Of a stretch of DNA of 64,000 nucleotides, positions 25,295-37,671 are shown in pieces. Both the position numbers and the translations under genes were made by a program. The DNA is from Haliotis rubra. Lineage: Eukaryota. The notes under the pieces are model-generated. The model did not search any database and was not told where the DNA came from. It saw nothing but the letters and a program-made list of their open reading frames with translations. How positions within the stretch are numbered: the first letter of the stretch is position 1; each line of letters starts with the position of its first letter. Where the stretch lies: contig NW_025767635.1 in NCBI RefSeq assembly GCF_003918875.1, positions 1,302,001-1,366,000 on the forward strand, written 5' to 3'.

Positions 25295-26397
25295 TTATGG
25301 ATAACAACTTCTTTATTTAAACTGCACCCTTCAAACCGTCCTGCTGGTACCGCAAAGTGGATGACACCTTCGTCATCCTCCAACCTCAGCAAGATCCAAA
25401 GCAGCTCCTCGCCCATCTCAACAGCCAACATCCCGCATCAAATTCACCATCGAAACAGAGCAGAACAACCAACTACCTTTCCTTGATGTCCTTGTGTCCC
25501 GCACCTCTTGCAACCAACTCCAGACCTCCGTGTACAGAAAACCTACTCATACGGAACAATACATCCACTACAACTCCAACCACCCCCTAAAGTCAAGACC
25601 AAAGCGTCATCTCTACATTGACCAGAAGAGCCAAAACATCTGCTCAACGAACCTACAGGAAGAAATTGAACACCTGAGGAAAGTCTTTGTAGAACGCAAC
25701 CACTACCCACCTGAAATAGTCAACAGAACCATCGAAGCAACGCTTTCACCTCCTGCCAAAGATCTAAACCAGAATCAGCCCCATCAAGATATCCATTCCT
25801 ACATTGGTAAACCATCACACCAAATCAGCCGACTCCTGAAACAACAGGCAGGCATAGACACAACCTTCTCTAGCGTCCTCCAGCCTCAACAACCTCCTCC
25901 ATGCCAATGGAAGAAAACAACCCACCGTCAACAACAACAACCCGAAATGTGTTATTTACAAAATAAACTGTGATTGTGGACAATGCTACATAGGTGAAAC
26001 ATCCCGATCAACCCCGGGTCAAAGAACACCTGTTGCTAATTCCGACACCAAGTCGCTACCTCTGTTGCTCAAATTCCGATCACCAGAGTGGTCCGACATC
26101 ACCATTCTCGCCAGCAACCAAACGGACTTCACTAAACGCAAGCTCACAGAAGCCATTCATCTCAAACGCCACAAGCCCACCATCAACCGTGGACCAGGAT
26201 ACATTCCATCCATGATCTCCTCCACCAAGCCCAATCTATTGTATAAACATTCACTAAATGTTTAGGCATCTCATTGTAACTAGCTCATTCACTATCCACT
26301 CACTGGCTTCCAGCTTACTGCTTAGCCAATCATGGCCATCAACCTTTGTGTTGTTTCATTGTTATATACAGTATATATATGCAGCGTCTACACTTCC
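25295..26397 (+). mobile_element. 5'-truncated Penelope-like retroelement (RT C-terminus plus GIY-YIG endonuclease), frameshifted
   Basis: WYRKVDDTFVI..LNSQHP.IKFTIETEQNNQLPFLDVLV..TSVYRKPTHTEQYIHYNSNHP (PLE RT/thumb) and VIYKINCDCGQCYIGET..RVKEH..RKLTEAIHL (GIY-YIG). Confidence 0.9.
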
Positions 26398-26548
26398 ATG
26401 TATCAAAGTATGTACAAGAAGTTGGTATACGAAATAGAGGACTAAATAAAGTACAAAAAGCACATCTAAAATGTACCAAACAATGTACTAAAAAAGAAGA
26501 TTTTAAAGAAGGGGATTTGACCGAGCGAAAGAGTATGTTGAAATGGGG

Positions 26549-27556
26549 CTGTGACCACTGACTGTCCACGTGCCTCGTGGTGTGACCACTGACTGTCCAC
26601 GTGCCTCGTGGTGTGACCACTGACTGTCCACGTGCCTCGTGGTGTGACCACTGACTGTCCACGTGCCTCGTGGTGTGACCACTGACTGTCCACGTGCCTC
26701 GTGGTGTGACCACTGACTGTCCACGTGCCTCGTGGTGTGACCACTGACTGTCCACGTCCCTCGTGGTGTGACCACTGACTGTCCACGTGCCTCGTGGTGT
26801 GACCACTGACTGTCCACGTGCCTCGTGGGTGACCACTGACTGACCCTCGTGGTGTGACCACTGACTGTCCACGTACCTCGTGGTGTGACCACTGACTGTC
26901 CACGTGCCTCGTGGTGTGACCACTGACTGTCCACGTACCTCGTGGTGCGACCACTGACTGTCCACGTGCCTCGTGGTGTGACCACTGACTGTCCACGTAC
27001 CTCGTGGTGTGACCACTGACTGTCCACGTGCCTCGTGGTGTGACCACTGACTGTCCACGTGCCTCGTAGTGTGACCACTGACTGTCCACGTACCTCGTGG
27101 TTTGACCACTGACTGTCCACGTCCACGCCTCGTGGTGTGACCACTGACTGTCACGTGCCTCCTCGTGGTGTGACCACTGACTGTCCACGTGTCTCATGGT
27201 GTGACCACTGACTGTCCACGTGCCTCGTGGTGTGACCACTGACTGTCCACGTGCCTCGTGGTGTGACCACTGACTGTCCACGTACCTCGTGGTGTGACCA
27301 CTGACTGTCCACGTACCTCGTGGTGTGACCACTGACTGTCCACGTACCTCGTGGTGTGACCACTGACTGTCCACGTACCTCGTGGTGTGACCACTGACTG
27401 TCCACGTACCTCGTAGTTTGACCACTGACTGTCCACGTACCTCGTGGTGTGACCACTGACTGTCCACGTGCCTCGTAGTGTGACCACTGACTGTCCACGT
27501 ACCTCGTGGTTTGACCACTGACTGTCCACGTGCCTCATGGAGTGACCATTGACTGA
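26549..27556. repeat. 31-bp minisatellite (gtgaccactgactgtccacgtgcctcgtggt)
   Basis: ~32 tandem units. Confidence 0.95.
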
Positions 27557-27866
27557 CTCAGGATGTACACAGCCACTGTGATGCATCATACTGATATCAA
27601 CACTTGTATCACTCTCTATATCTCACGCGCCTCTGTAATGTACATGAAATATTCACCGAATGAGAAGTACCCTGAAATATCGTTACAAACAATAATGAAG
27701 TTGTAATCCATCAAGATCTCCATCCACGAGAACATCCGAGACTCAAAGGACACGCTCCATGAAACCCTTTCTTGATGTCAGTTACCGGGCTATTTCTTAA
27801 ATCCTTCTATATGTGGCTTAAAATCAATCTCACCCTTCGTGAAGATCTTCAGCTGAATTTACCTAC

Positions 27867-28220
27867 CTGAACACTCTCGGTCTGTGCACCCCTAATAGTC
27901 TATAACCATTCTCCCGGGGGTGGTGTCTGGCCCAGTCAAGCGAGGGTAGGGGCCGAGGCCGGGGGTAGGTACCGGCGGTCCTCTGTGTACCATGGTGGTG
28001 TCTCTGCAGAGTCAGGTCGATGGTCGTGGGAGTTCTGGTCAGGTCCTGGAACAAGTCCTCAGGGATGATGATGTATCTCTCCGAGAGCGGGCCGGCGTTC
28101 CGGTCCTGACACCGCCTCATCATGTCCTGTGATACCAATATTCGCGTTGAGTACTGACTGCTCCAAGGGGTCTCCGAAGATGCTTACCTTGACGATAGCT
28201 ATGTTGTACTGTTTTTGAAC
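27867..28220 (-). other. GC-rich exon-like segment, possibly upstream in the minus-strand gene
   Basis: Bounded by tgtgcag| and ttcag|gtaggt; contains the 91-aa ORF 27863-28138, but no frame is open over the whole segment. Confidence 0.3.
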
Positions 28221-29829
28221 CTGCACATATACAGACAGACAATGTATATTGAAATACTAATATTAAACGTGGACTGATAACGTCTCTCGCCCAGCCACAG
28301 TCTGTTCGTGTGTAAGTCTTCTATCTAACGAGAGCCTGTTGGTGTCTAGTAAGAACATCTTTGTCCTGTCGACGGCGTGTTGATGTCTACCAAGGACGTC
28401 TTTGTCCTATCGACATGCTATTGGTGTCTAGCAAGAACGTCTATTTCCCAGCGACAGCCTGTTAATGTCTGATGTCAACTATGACGTAACAGAGGTGATA
28501 GCAATTTCTGACCCTGCACTATGTTGATGTTGCTGGATGCTGGTTGCGTAGAATATGGAGATCAATTATTTGGTTTAGCTAACGGTCAATAAAGGTTCAC
28601 GCATGTGACAATTATACTCTGTACGATATGCATTCAGAGGGATTGTGTCGTTCCTCGTCACTGAGCAATGTGTTGCTGACCTGCACAGTTTTATCACAGT
28701 GAATTATGGCAGCTGTCAGTGAAACCATAACACGGCTTTATCAAACACTCGAATACCCTCACTTTCCTTGAATACCATCCAATAAAACACGCTCCGTTCG
28801 TAGCACACACTCCATCAATCATTGCATCAAGTCAACGGCTGCAGCCCGGAAGTAAGTTTTCATATATCACGGAACACTATTTATATGATGTAAAACACCG
28901 CCATCTCCCGACCATACCTTTACCCTTGTTTATGTAAAGGCTTACAATGGCTGCTCGTTAGATGACGTCTCTTTCTGTATACATCCAACATCGTCCACAG
29001 CCCTTGCACGTGGATAGATTATATCTCACATCGTCCACAGCCCTAGCAGGAGAGTAGTTCCCATCTCACATCGTCCACAGCCCTATGCATGTTAGCCTAC
29101 AGGTCTGCCATCGTTGCTACCCCGGGCATACTCTGGTTTAATGCCTCACTAATCTATGGGTAATGGTTTCGCCGATACTGTCGCTTGTGTGCAATTCTTC
29201 CAAGTATCAATACCTGTTGATCGATACATATTACCTCCCCTGCGTCATAACAAGTTTCCCAGGAGAGGGAGCATGCCACCCCTTTAATACCCGTACTCAT
29301 TCTCTCCAACCCAACCAACTCCACTCCGTTTCATTACAGGAATTAATCCCCCCATGAGCATGAGTATTTCAGCCGGAGAACATGGCCACTGGGCAAAGTT
29401 AGCGTGAGAAAGTTGTATTTTGTGTTCCTTTCTAAAACCTGTCGCAACGGGATGTAGAGCGTCCAAAGGTGTCACTTAAATCATTAGTAAAGAAGACGAG
29501 GCTTACCTCCATATTCCGACTTGTTTTACTTATCTTATGAAACCATATAACATGATAACATGGACCTGCCAGAATATCGCCATGATCATTGTGAAAACAA
29601 CCTACTGGGGGACCAACACTGACCACACGGTGTGCGGCGTACAAACACCGTGCTCAGGTTGCTGTATACCGCTCGGCAGCTGTCAACGAAGAAGACGTTG
29701 GGCAGTTATTGATATTATAATCTTCCAATTATATAATAATGCATCCTCGCTTGTCACCAACAGCAACGTCACCAACATCAGAGGAACTGCGGCTCAAGTG
29801 CACACAATATGTGTTGTCTTCTCAGTGCA

Positions 29830-31104
29830 TCTAGTGTTTCAGTGTTCCTACAGTCCCAATATACCCAGTGTTCCAGTGTTCCTACAGTCCCAATATACCT
29901 AGTGTTCCAGTGTACCTACAGTCCGAATGTGCCTAGTGTTCGTGTTCCTACAGTCCCAATATACCTAGTGTTCCAGTGTACCTACAGTCCCAATATACCT
30001 AGTGTTCCCAATATACCAGTGTTCCTACAGTCCCAATATACCTAGTGTTCCAGTGTAGTCCCAATATATCTAGTGTACAGTCCCAATATACCTAGTGTTC
30101 CAGTGTTCCTACAGTCCCAATATACCTAGTGTTCCAGTGTACCTACAGTCCCAATATACCTAGTGTTCCAGTGTACCTACAGTCCCAATATACCTAGTGT
30201 TCCAGTGTACCTACAGTCCCAATATACCTAGTGTTCCAGTGTACCTACAGTCCCAATATACCTAGTGTTCCAGTGTACCTACAGTCCCAATATACCTCCA
30301 GTGTTCCAGTGTACCTACAGTCCCAATATACCTAGTGTTCCAGTGTACCTACAGTCCAAATATACCTAGTGTTCCAGAGTCCATTGTACCCAGTTCCTAC
30401 AGTCCCAATATACCTAGTGTTCCAGTGTACCTACAGTCCCAATATACCTAGTGTTCCAGTGTACCTACAGTACCTACAGTCCCAATATACCTAGTGTTCC
30501 AGTGTTCCTACAGTCCCAATATACCTAGTGTGTTCCAGTGTACCTACAGTCCCAATATACCCCAGTGTGTCCCAATATACCTAGTGTTCCTACAGTCCCA
30601 ATATACCTAGTCCCAATATGTGTTCCTACAGTCCCAATATACCTAGTGTTCCAGTGTACCTACAGTCCCAATATACCTAGTGTTCCAGTGTACCTACAGT
30701 CCCAATATCCCAATATACCTAGTGTGTTCCAGTGTTCCAGTGTTCAGTGTTACCTACAGTCCCAATATACCTAGTGTTCCAGTGTACCTACAGTCCCAAT
30801 ATACCTAGTGTTCCAGTGTACCTACAGTCCCAATATACCTAGTGTTCCAGTGTACCTACAGTCCCAATATACCCAGTGTTCCTACAGTCCCAATATACCT
30901 AGTGTTCCAGTGTACCTACAGTCCCAATATACCTAGTGTTCCAGTGTACCTACAGTCCCAATATACCTAGTGTTTCAGTGTACCTACAGTCCCTATATAC
31001 CTATTGTTCCCCAGTCCCAATATACCTAGTGTTTCAGTGTACCTACAGTCCCAATATACCTAGTGTTCCAGTGTTCCTACAGTCCCTATATACCTAGTGT
31101 TCCT
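29830..31104. repeat. 34-bp minisatellite (cctacagtcccaatatacctagtgttccagtgta)
   Basis: Tandem units, locally scrambled. Confidence 0.94.
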
Positions 31105-31220
31105 ATGTGCACACACTGGGAATGACTTAAGAAATGAATTGTAACCAAAACACATAAAGAAAGAGCTGCAGTGGTGGATGGTTGTGATGCTGGTCTGAAA
31201 AACTCTCCAATAGAAGTGTT

Positions 31221-31383
31221 GGGCGGTGGGGTAGCCTAGTGGTGAAAGCATTGGCTCGTCACGCCGAAGACCCGGGTTCGATCCCCCACATGGGTACAAT
31301 GTGTGAATTGCTGGTGTCCCCCGCTGTGATGTTGCTTGAATGTCGCTAAAAGTGGCGTAAAAACCAAACTCACTCACTCACTC
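31221..31383 (+). mobile_element. tRNA-SINE family A
   Basis: gggcggtggggtagcctagtgg...gggttcgatcccc...ggcgtaaaaaccaaactcactcactcactc; ccaatag on both flanks may be a TSD remnant. Confidence 0.9.
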
Positions 31384-32000
31384 CAATAGTGGTGACCTTC
31401 GCTCACACTTCCAGCAGTTGGGGTGCCTGTCTTGGAGGGCAGATACCCGGTTTTACTCCGGGTTGAGGGTGGGCCATATCCCACGTATGGGCTGTATCCC
31501 AGGTATCGGTTGTTCCCTGCATGTTAAATTCTAGAGGGTATTTGCAGCAAGGGTTGTGTAAGAAACCTTCAGCATAATGCAGGTAATATTTTCATAACTT
31601 CCCCAGCTGATGAGAATCACAAGCCAGTGTCAGGGTATCAGTGTCATTATGAATGAAGAGACGGCAGAATATATCGCGTGTTCTATGACAATTATACAGC
31701 GCATCTAGGAAGGACAGCCTGTGGGTGTAATTGTGGAGGTCTGTAAACCTAGTATTTTAACTTGTGTATTGACAAATGTTACAAACGAAACCCCTTTCCC
31801 GTATCATGATATCTCCTGAATGATGCAGGGGGCCTCAGTGTCGACTGGCGCGGATTAAGGAGAATGTCATGAAGGTATGTGAGTCATACTACAAGGCTGA
31901 TGCAGGGTATACTCATGCCGAGGTAACTACGTGCACGCTCATCCCCTGATAGTCTCTTGATTCCACTAGATAACCTGTAACTGAGTGTGATACACCTGGA

Positions 32001-32797
32001 GGCTGACCCAGCCAGTGTGATTAATGTCATACAATTACAGGCTGACCCAGACAGTGTTATTAATGTCATACCAGCCGGCAGTGATTAATGTCATACAATT
32101 ACAGGCTGACCCCAGCCATTAATGTCAATTACAGGCTGACCCAGCCAGTGTTATTAATGTCATACAATTACAGACTGACCCAGACAGTGTTATTAATGTC
32201 ATACAATTACAGGCTGACCCAGCCAGTGTTATTAATGTCATACAATTACAGGCTGACCCAGACAGTGTTATTAATGTCATACAATTACAGGCTGACCCAG
32301 ACAGTGTTATTAATGTCATACAATTACAGGCTGACCCAGCCAGTGTTATTAATGTCATACAATTACAGGCTGACCCAGCCAGTGACAGTGTTATTAATGA
32401 TTAATGTCATATTAAATTACAGGCTGACCCAGCCAGTGTGTCATACAATTAAGGTCATACAATTACAGGCTGACCCAGCCAGTGTGATTAATGTCATACA
32501 ATTACAGGCTGACCCAGTGACCCAGTGTTATTAATGTCATACAATTACAGGCTGACCCTGGCCAGTGTTATTAATGTCATACAATTACAGGCTGAGTCAG
32601 TGACCCAGTCTATTAATGTCATACAATTACAGGCTGACCCAGTCATCCACAGTGTTATTAATTACAGTGTGTTATTAATGACATACCATTACAGGCTGAC
32701 CCAGTACAGTGTTATTAATGTCATACAATACAGTACAGGCTGACCCAGCCAGTGTTATTAATGCTCATACAATTACAGGCTGACCCAGTCAGTGTTA
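32001..32797. repeat. 39-bp minisatellite (caattacaggctgacccagccagtgttattaatgtcata)
   Basis: Tandem units, locally scrambled. Confidence 0.93.
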
Positions 32798-32841
32798 TAT
32801 AGTACTATCGACTGACACATAACGGTTACTTATGTAATGAA

Positions 32842-33903
32842 ACTGTAGGTCCACACAGTGAAGGCTACTACTGTAACACTGTAGGTGCACACAGTGAAGG
32901 CTACTACTGTAATACTGTGTAGGTCCACTGTAATACAGTGAAGGCTACTACTGTAATACTGTAGGTCCACACAGTGAAGGCTGTAACAATGTGGGTCCCA
33001 CAGTGAAGGCTACTACACACAGTGCATAACACTTTGTACACTGTAGGTCCACACAGTGAAGGCTACTACTGTGGCTGAACACTGTAGGCTACTGCTGTGG
33101 CTGGCGGTAGCCAGGTCCACACGGTGAAGGCTACTGCCAGCAATACTGTGGGTCCACGCACAGTGAAGGCTACTACTGTAACACTGTAGGCCACCCAGTG
33201 AGGCTACTACTGTAACGCGGTGGGAGGCTACTGCACACAGGTGTGAAGGCTACTACTGTAACACTGTAGGTCACACAGTGAAGGCTACCACACAGTGAAG
33301 GCTACTACTGTAACACTGTAGGTCCCACACAGTGAAGGCTACTACTGTAACACTGTAGGTCCACACAGTGAAGGCTACTACTGTAACACGGTCCACACAG
33401 GCTACTGTAACTGTAGGGTTCTGTAGGTCCACACAGTGAAGGCTACTACTGTAACACTGTAGGTCCACACAGTGTAACACAGTGTAGGTCCACACAGTGA
33501 AGGCTACTACTGTAACACTGTAGGTCCACACAGTGAAGGTACTACTACTAACACTGTAGGTCCACACAGTGAAGGCTACTACTGTAACACTGTAGGTCCA
33601 CACAGTGAAGGCTAACACTGTAGGTCCACTGCACAGTGAAGGCTACTACTACTGTAATACTGTAGGTCCACACAGTGAAGGCTACTACTGTAACACTGTA
33701 GGTCCACACAGTGAAGGCTACTACTGTAACACTGTAGGTCCACACAGTGAAGGCTACTACTGTAACACTGTAGGTCCACACAGTGAAGGCTACTACTCTA
33801 ACACTGTAGGTCCACACAGTGAAGGCTACTACTGTAACACTGTAGGTCCACACAGTGAAGGCTACTACTGTAACAGTGTAGGTTCACACAGTGAAGGCTA
33901 CTA
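32842..33903. repeat. 36-bp minisatellite (actgtaggtccacacagtgaaggctactactgtaac); last unit resumes at 37368
   Basis: Tandem units; ctacTA|MITE|TActgaaatactgtagg. Confidence 0.93.
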
Positions 33904-34387
33904 CAGTCGAGCACCGTTGTCTCGATATTCATGGGACCAAGAAAAAACATCGAGTTATCCGAACTTCGAGACATCCGACCAGGGCATATCGTCACATATC
34001 ACTATGAAAGAAATCAAAACGCTTCTCAGTATGTTATGATTCGAAACTATAATCCGTTATCAGTAGTGTTTAGTCGTAACAGTGAGTACTTCCTAATTAT
34101 TTCCTTCTTAATTAATCCTAATTAAATAACAAACAAGTGACACCTTCAACTCAATTAGCCCTAATTAGTTTACACTACCGCATCCCTTTGATTATGCCGC
34201 ACCGTGTGGAAACGTGTGGAAACAACCTCAGTTCAGAGGGATACTTGCCCATGAAAGGTAGGTGAAGATCGAGCTTCTTTGCAAATATCGAGTTAAAAGG
34301 GTAATTTTGCTTGTTGGGACCATGAAATTATATCGAGATATCCGAAATATCGAGACAACCGTATCGAGTTAAAAGAGCTTGAATAAT

Positions 34388-35477
34388 TATTAACACGGAA
34401 AAACTAGACAAAGTTTTATAAATACTTTATAACGATATGCGTTATTGAAAACTGGAAATATTACAGACTAACCGACTACGTTCCTCAATCTTACATTGAT
34501 AACGAGCATCGGACATAATCCGGGAACAGTATCTCTAAAGCTTATAGAACCAAGGTGCATTACGTTTATCTGTCTTTACGGCTGTTTGTATTCCACGTTG
34601 GTCAAATCACGTGTGTGCCACATATACCTTCGTGGCATACTCGCGACTGGCCATCGATGCTTCGGTCCAACTAAATGACATAATCTCACGTTCACAATAA
34701 CAACGTTATCGTAAGTTTTATCTGTAAACGCGATTATTTGCGATAGCTAGAATAGATATATATTACGGGTGACAGTCACAAATGAGGGGTGGCTGTCTAG
34801 TAAATTCACTCAGGTGTGTAACTTTACTTTCTTCTAGTTCGAGAAGTCTTTACCATTTCTGTTCTGTGTTAACTTAATCTTATTGGGCATCTCTTTACTA
34901 TTTGTTACCCTTGGCACAATCGTTAGGTTTATGTGGAACGAGGCATTCCTTAGTATGTGTCTCATATCTTCTGTATTACAGTGTAGGATTGTTTATTTAA
35001 TACTGATTGACCCTACAGTGACTATTATAGAATGTTTATAACATGGTGTGTCGGAAATTTTAACTATTGTATTACGTTGTGCATGAATACTATATGCTGC
35101 TTGGGACCGTTACAGAATGTAGATTGTATGAACCCCAACTGGGGTGATGTGTAGAGTTCTGAACTATTGTTGTGTACATTAGAATATGTATCGCGATTAA
35201 TGTGTACATTAGAATATGTATCGCGATTAATGTAGTATGTGTCGTGTATAACGAATCTACATGTGATGTTTATGTACTTTGATATCTGATTGCATTCTGA
35301 TCATGTTCTAATAATTAATTGTAAACTATGCTATTATTGACTGATTATGTAAAATCGTTCAGTGACTGCTGTGTAATAAACTCCTTGTTTATTTACTCAG
35401 ATGTTGTGTTGTGTGTGGGTTGGTATGGGCAGACCTATTGCCAAGCGAGCTGATTCCCCAAAACTCGCGTTTTAATA
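34388..35477 (+). repeat. Putative 5' LTR (~1090 bp)
   Basis: Short inverted termini tattaacacg...cgcgttttaata; aataaa at ~35375; immediately followed by a PBS-like sequence and the gag ATG. Confidence 0.7.
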
Positions 35478-35479
35478 GG

Positions 35480-35490
35480 TGGCGGAGAAT
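35480..35490 (+). promoter_or_regulatory. Primer-binding-site-like motif (tRNA-Ala-like)
   Basis: tggcggagaat, 2 nt after the LTR end; one mismatch to tggtggagaat, the complement of a tRNA-Ala 3' end. Confidence 0.55.
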
Positions 35491-35503
35491 CAAAAATCGA
35501 CCT

Positions 35504-36824
35504 ATGGCTACATACCAACCCACAAACTACAACACTAGGAGCCGGACACCGACCTCCGACCCCCGCCGACGAATACAGCGGCCTTGGCGAACCACTGGAG
35601 GACCTTACAACCATAGCTTCGGGCCCAAACACAGACAGCGTTAATCCTCCAGTCACTATCAACGAGGACAGGATTGCGTCGGGCCCAAACACTGAGGGGT
35701 CATCCTTCAGCCGTGCGACAAGACACACAGTCTCCCAATATGGCATACGTGAGTGATCTGGTGCCAAAATTCAACGGTACAGGCAACGCCCGACAATGGC
35801 TGAAGAAAATGAATTGTTTTTCGACAGTATCAATCACTCACAGATTCCGTCTACTTGAACCTCCTGCCGTTGTACGTAGACGGACCCGCTGCTACCTGGC
35901 TGGACTCGCTTCATCCAGCCCCAACAACCGCAGCCCAATTCGAAGCCGTCTTCACTCGTAGGTTCAACGACGTATCCTCACAGACGGCTTTCCTGTCCGC
36001 CCGCCAAAACGACACCGAGTCCCGGGTCTGCCTTCATTGAACGTGTGCACGAGATGAAAGCTGGCCTCCAGATCCCTGAGACCCTCCTTGTTCAAGTCAT
36101 TATCAATGGCTTGCAGCCTCCTTTGAAGGGATTAGTCATTCCCCATGATCCACAATCACTAGAGACATTATCACTTCAGGTAAGACTGGCTGAAGCTGCT
36201 CTTCAAGCCACCCAGGATGCCACCCCATCCATATCATCCGGGACATATCCTGGGGTTGACAACGATCAACTGGCCACCATCGCTGCTCTGTTGACAACAC
36301 AACAGCAGCAACTTGACAAGTTGACTGCTCAGATGGCCCACGATCTCCTGAGGCAGAATGTCAACACATATGTCAACCGTGATCAGTCCCACCAGCCCGG
36401 AGTCAACACACGTCGTTCTGCCCAGCCTCTGCAGCAACAACAACGGCAGCAACAACAACGGCAACAACAACAACAACAACAACAGAGGAACAACAACAGA
36501 CAAACCTCAGGTAATTGCCGGGGTTGTGGTAACGACTGCAGGTCTAGAGTTTCATGTCCATCCTCTAATCAGCAATGTAGCTATTGCAGTGGGTTACATC
36601 ACTTTGCTAGGGTATGTCGCCTTCGATTGAATCAGCAATATGGCTTTGCGCCTGCTGGTAGGCTCTGGCCTATGAGCAGGCACACCTTAAGAGCCCCGAG
36701 GGGTAGAAACACGTCAAAATCTTCTCTCAGTAGGCATACCAGTACCTCGAAATCATCGAGTTTGTCCCATCAATCACAGATTAAGTTAACACACAATAGA
36801 AATGGTAAAGACTTCTCGAACTAG
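35504..36824 (+). pseudogene. gag: Gypsy-type Gag (capsid, poly-Q linker, zinc knuckle) with 2-3 frameshifts
   Basis: VPKFNGTGNARQWL, LLPLYVDGPAATWLDSL, FTRRF, RQNDTES..FIERV, IINGLQPPLK, and CRGCG..CPSSNQQCSYCSGLHHFARVC (CX2CX4HX4C); the last frame ends inside the inverted repeat. Confidence 0.85.
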
Positions 36825-37671
36825 AAGAAAGTAAAGTTACACACCTGAGTGAATTTACTAGACAGCCACCCCCCTCATTTGTGACTGTCACCCGTAATAT
36901 ATATCTATTCTAGCTATCGCAAATAATCGCGTTTACAGATAAAACTTACGATAACGTTGTTATTGTGAACGTGAGATTATGTCATTTAGTTGGACCGAAG
37001 CATCGATGGCCAGTCGCGAGTATGCCACGAAGGTATATGTGGCACACACGTGATTTGACCAACGTGGAATACAAACAGCCGTAAAGACAGATAAACGTAA
37101 TGCACCTTGGTTCTATAAGCTTTAGAGATACTGTTCCCGGATTATGTCCGATGCTCGTTATCAATGTAAGATTGAGGAACGTAGTCGGTTAGTCTGTAAT
37201 ATTTCCAGTTTTCAATAACGCATATCGTAAAGTATTTATAAAACTTTGTCTAGTTTTTCCGTGTTAATATAATGATAAATTATGAAGGATTTTGCCAGGA
37301 CCGAGATGTTATATCGAGACAACCGAGATATAGAGTTATCAGAGTTCGACACAACGCTGCTCGACAGTACTGAAATACTGTAGGCTGACACACTCACTGT
37401 TACCTATTTGGCTCCAAGTTGTTACTAATTAATAGTGTACCAATGCCTTTCAACCATTTCAATCCCAGAAGCCTCAATAGCCATTGTCGCTACGCCATTG
37501 AGCACCCCCTCCACGTCGTGCAGCGTTCAATGTGGCTCCCCTCGCCCCACTTTAGAAAGGTACAACTTCGTTATTTTGTTTATCCCACAACCATGGAGGA
37601 GTTTACTATGCAACAGCGGACAACAGGCTGGTCACATGACTGAACGATATCGATCAGTTCCACACGCGACG

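Larger units (their letters stand above)
34388..37269 (+). mobile_element. Gypsy-derived gag-only element with ~490-bp terminal inverted repeats and a 4-bp TSD (TAAT)
   Basis: 34388-34880 is a near-perfect reverse complement of 36778-37269; TAAT at 34384-87 and 37270-73; the empty site gaataatgataaatt is visible in the MITE copy at ~62669. Confidence 0.92.
33904..37367 (+). mobile_element. ~580-bp TA-flanked Tc1/pogo-type MITE interrupted by the 34388-37269 insertion
   Basis: TIRs cagtcgagcaccgttgtctcga / tcgacacaacgctgctcgacag; TA TSD; uninterrupted homologue at ~62181-62752. Confidence 0.92.

Noticed and set aside
34781-34800. aaatgaggggtggc|tgt as a polypurine tract plus LTR start
   Set aside because: No matching LTR end was found; the tatta..taata boundaries with TSD and PBS explain the structure better.
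36432-36500. Poly-Q host gene
   Set aside because: It is a (CAA/CAG)n linker inside the retroelement gag.
34496-37164. Identical 60-aa ORFs at 34496-34678 (+) and 36982-37164 (-) as a duplicated gene
   Set aside because: Both lie within the inverted repeat arms, start at TTG and have no recognisable motif.
34388-37269. DIRS element (inverted LTRs)
   Set aside because: No RT/RNase H/tyrosine recombinase, no internal complementary region seen, a 4-bp TSD is present, and the gag and PBS are Gypsy-like.
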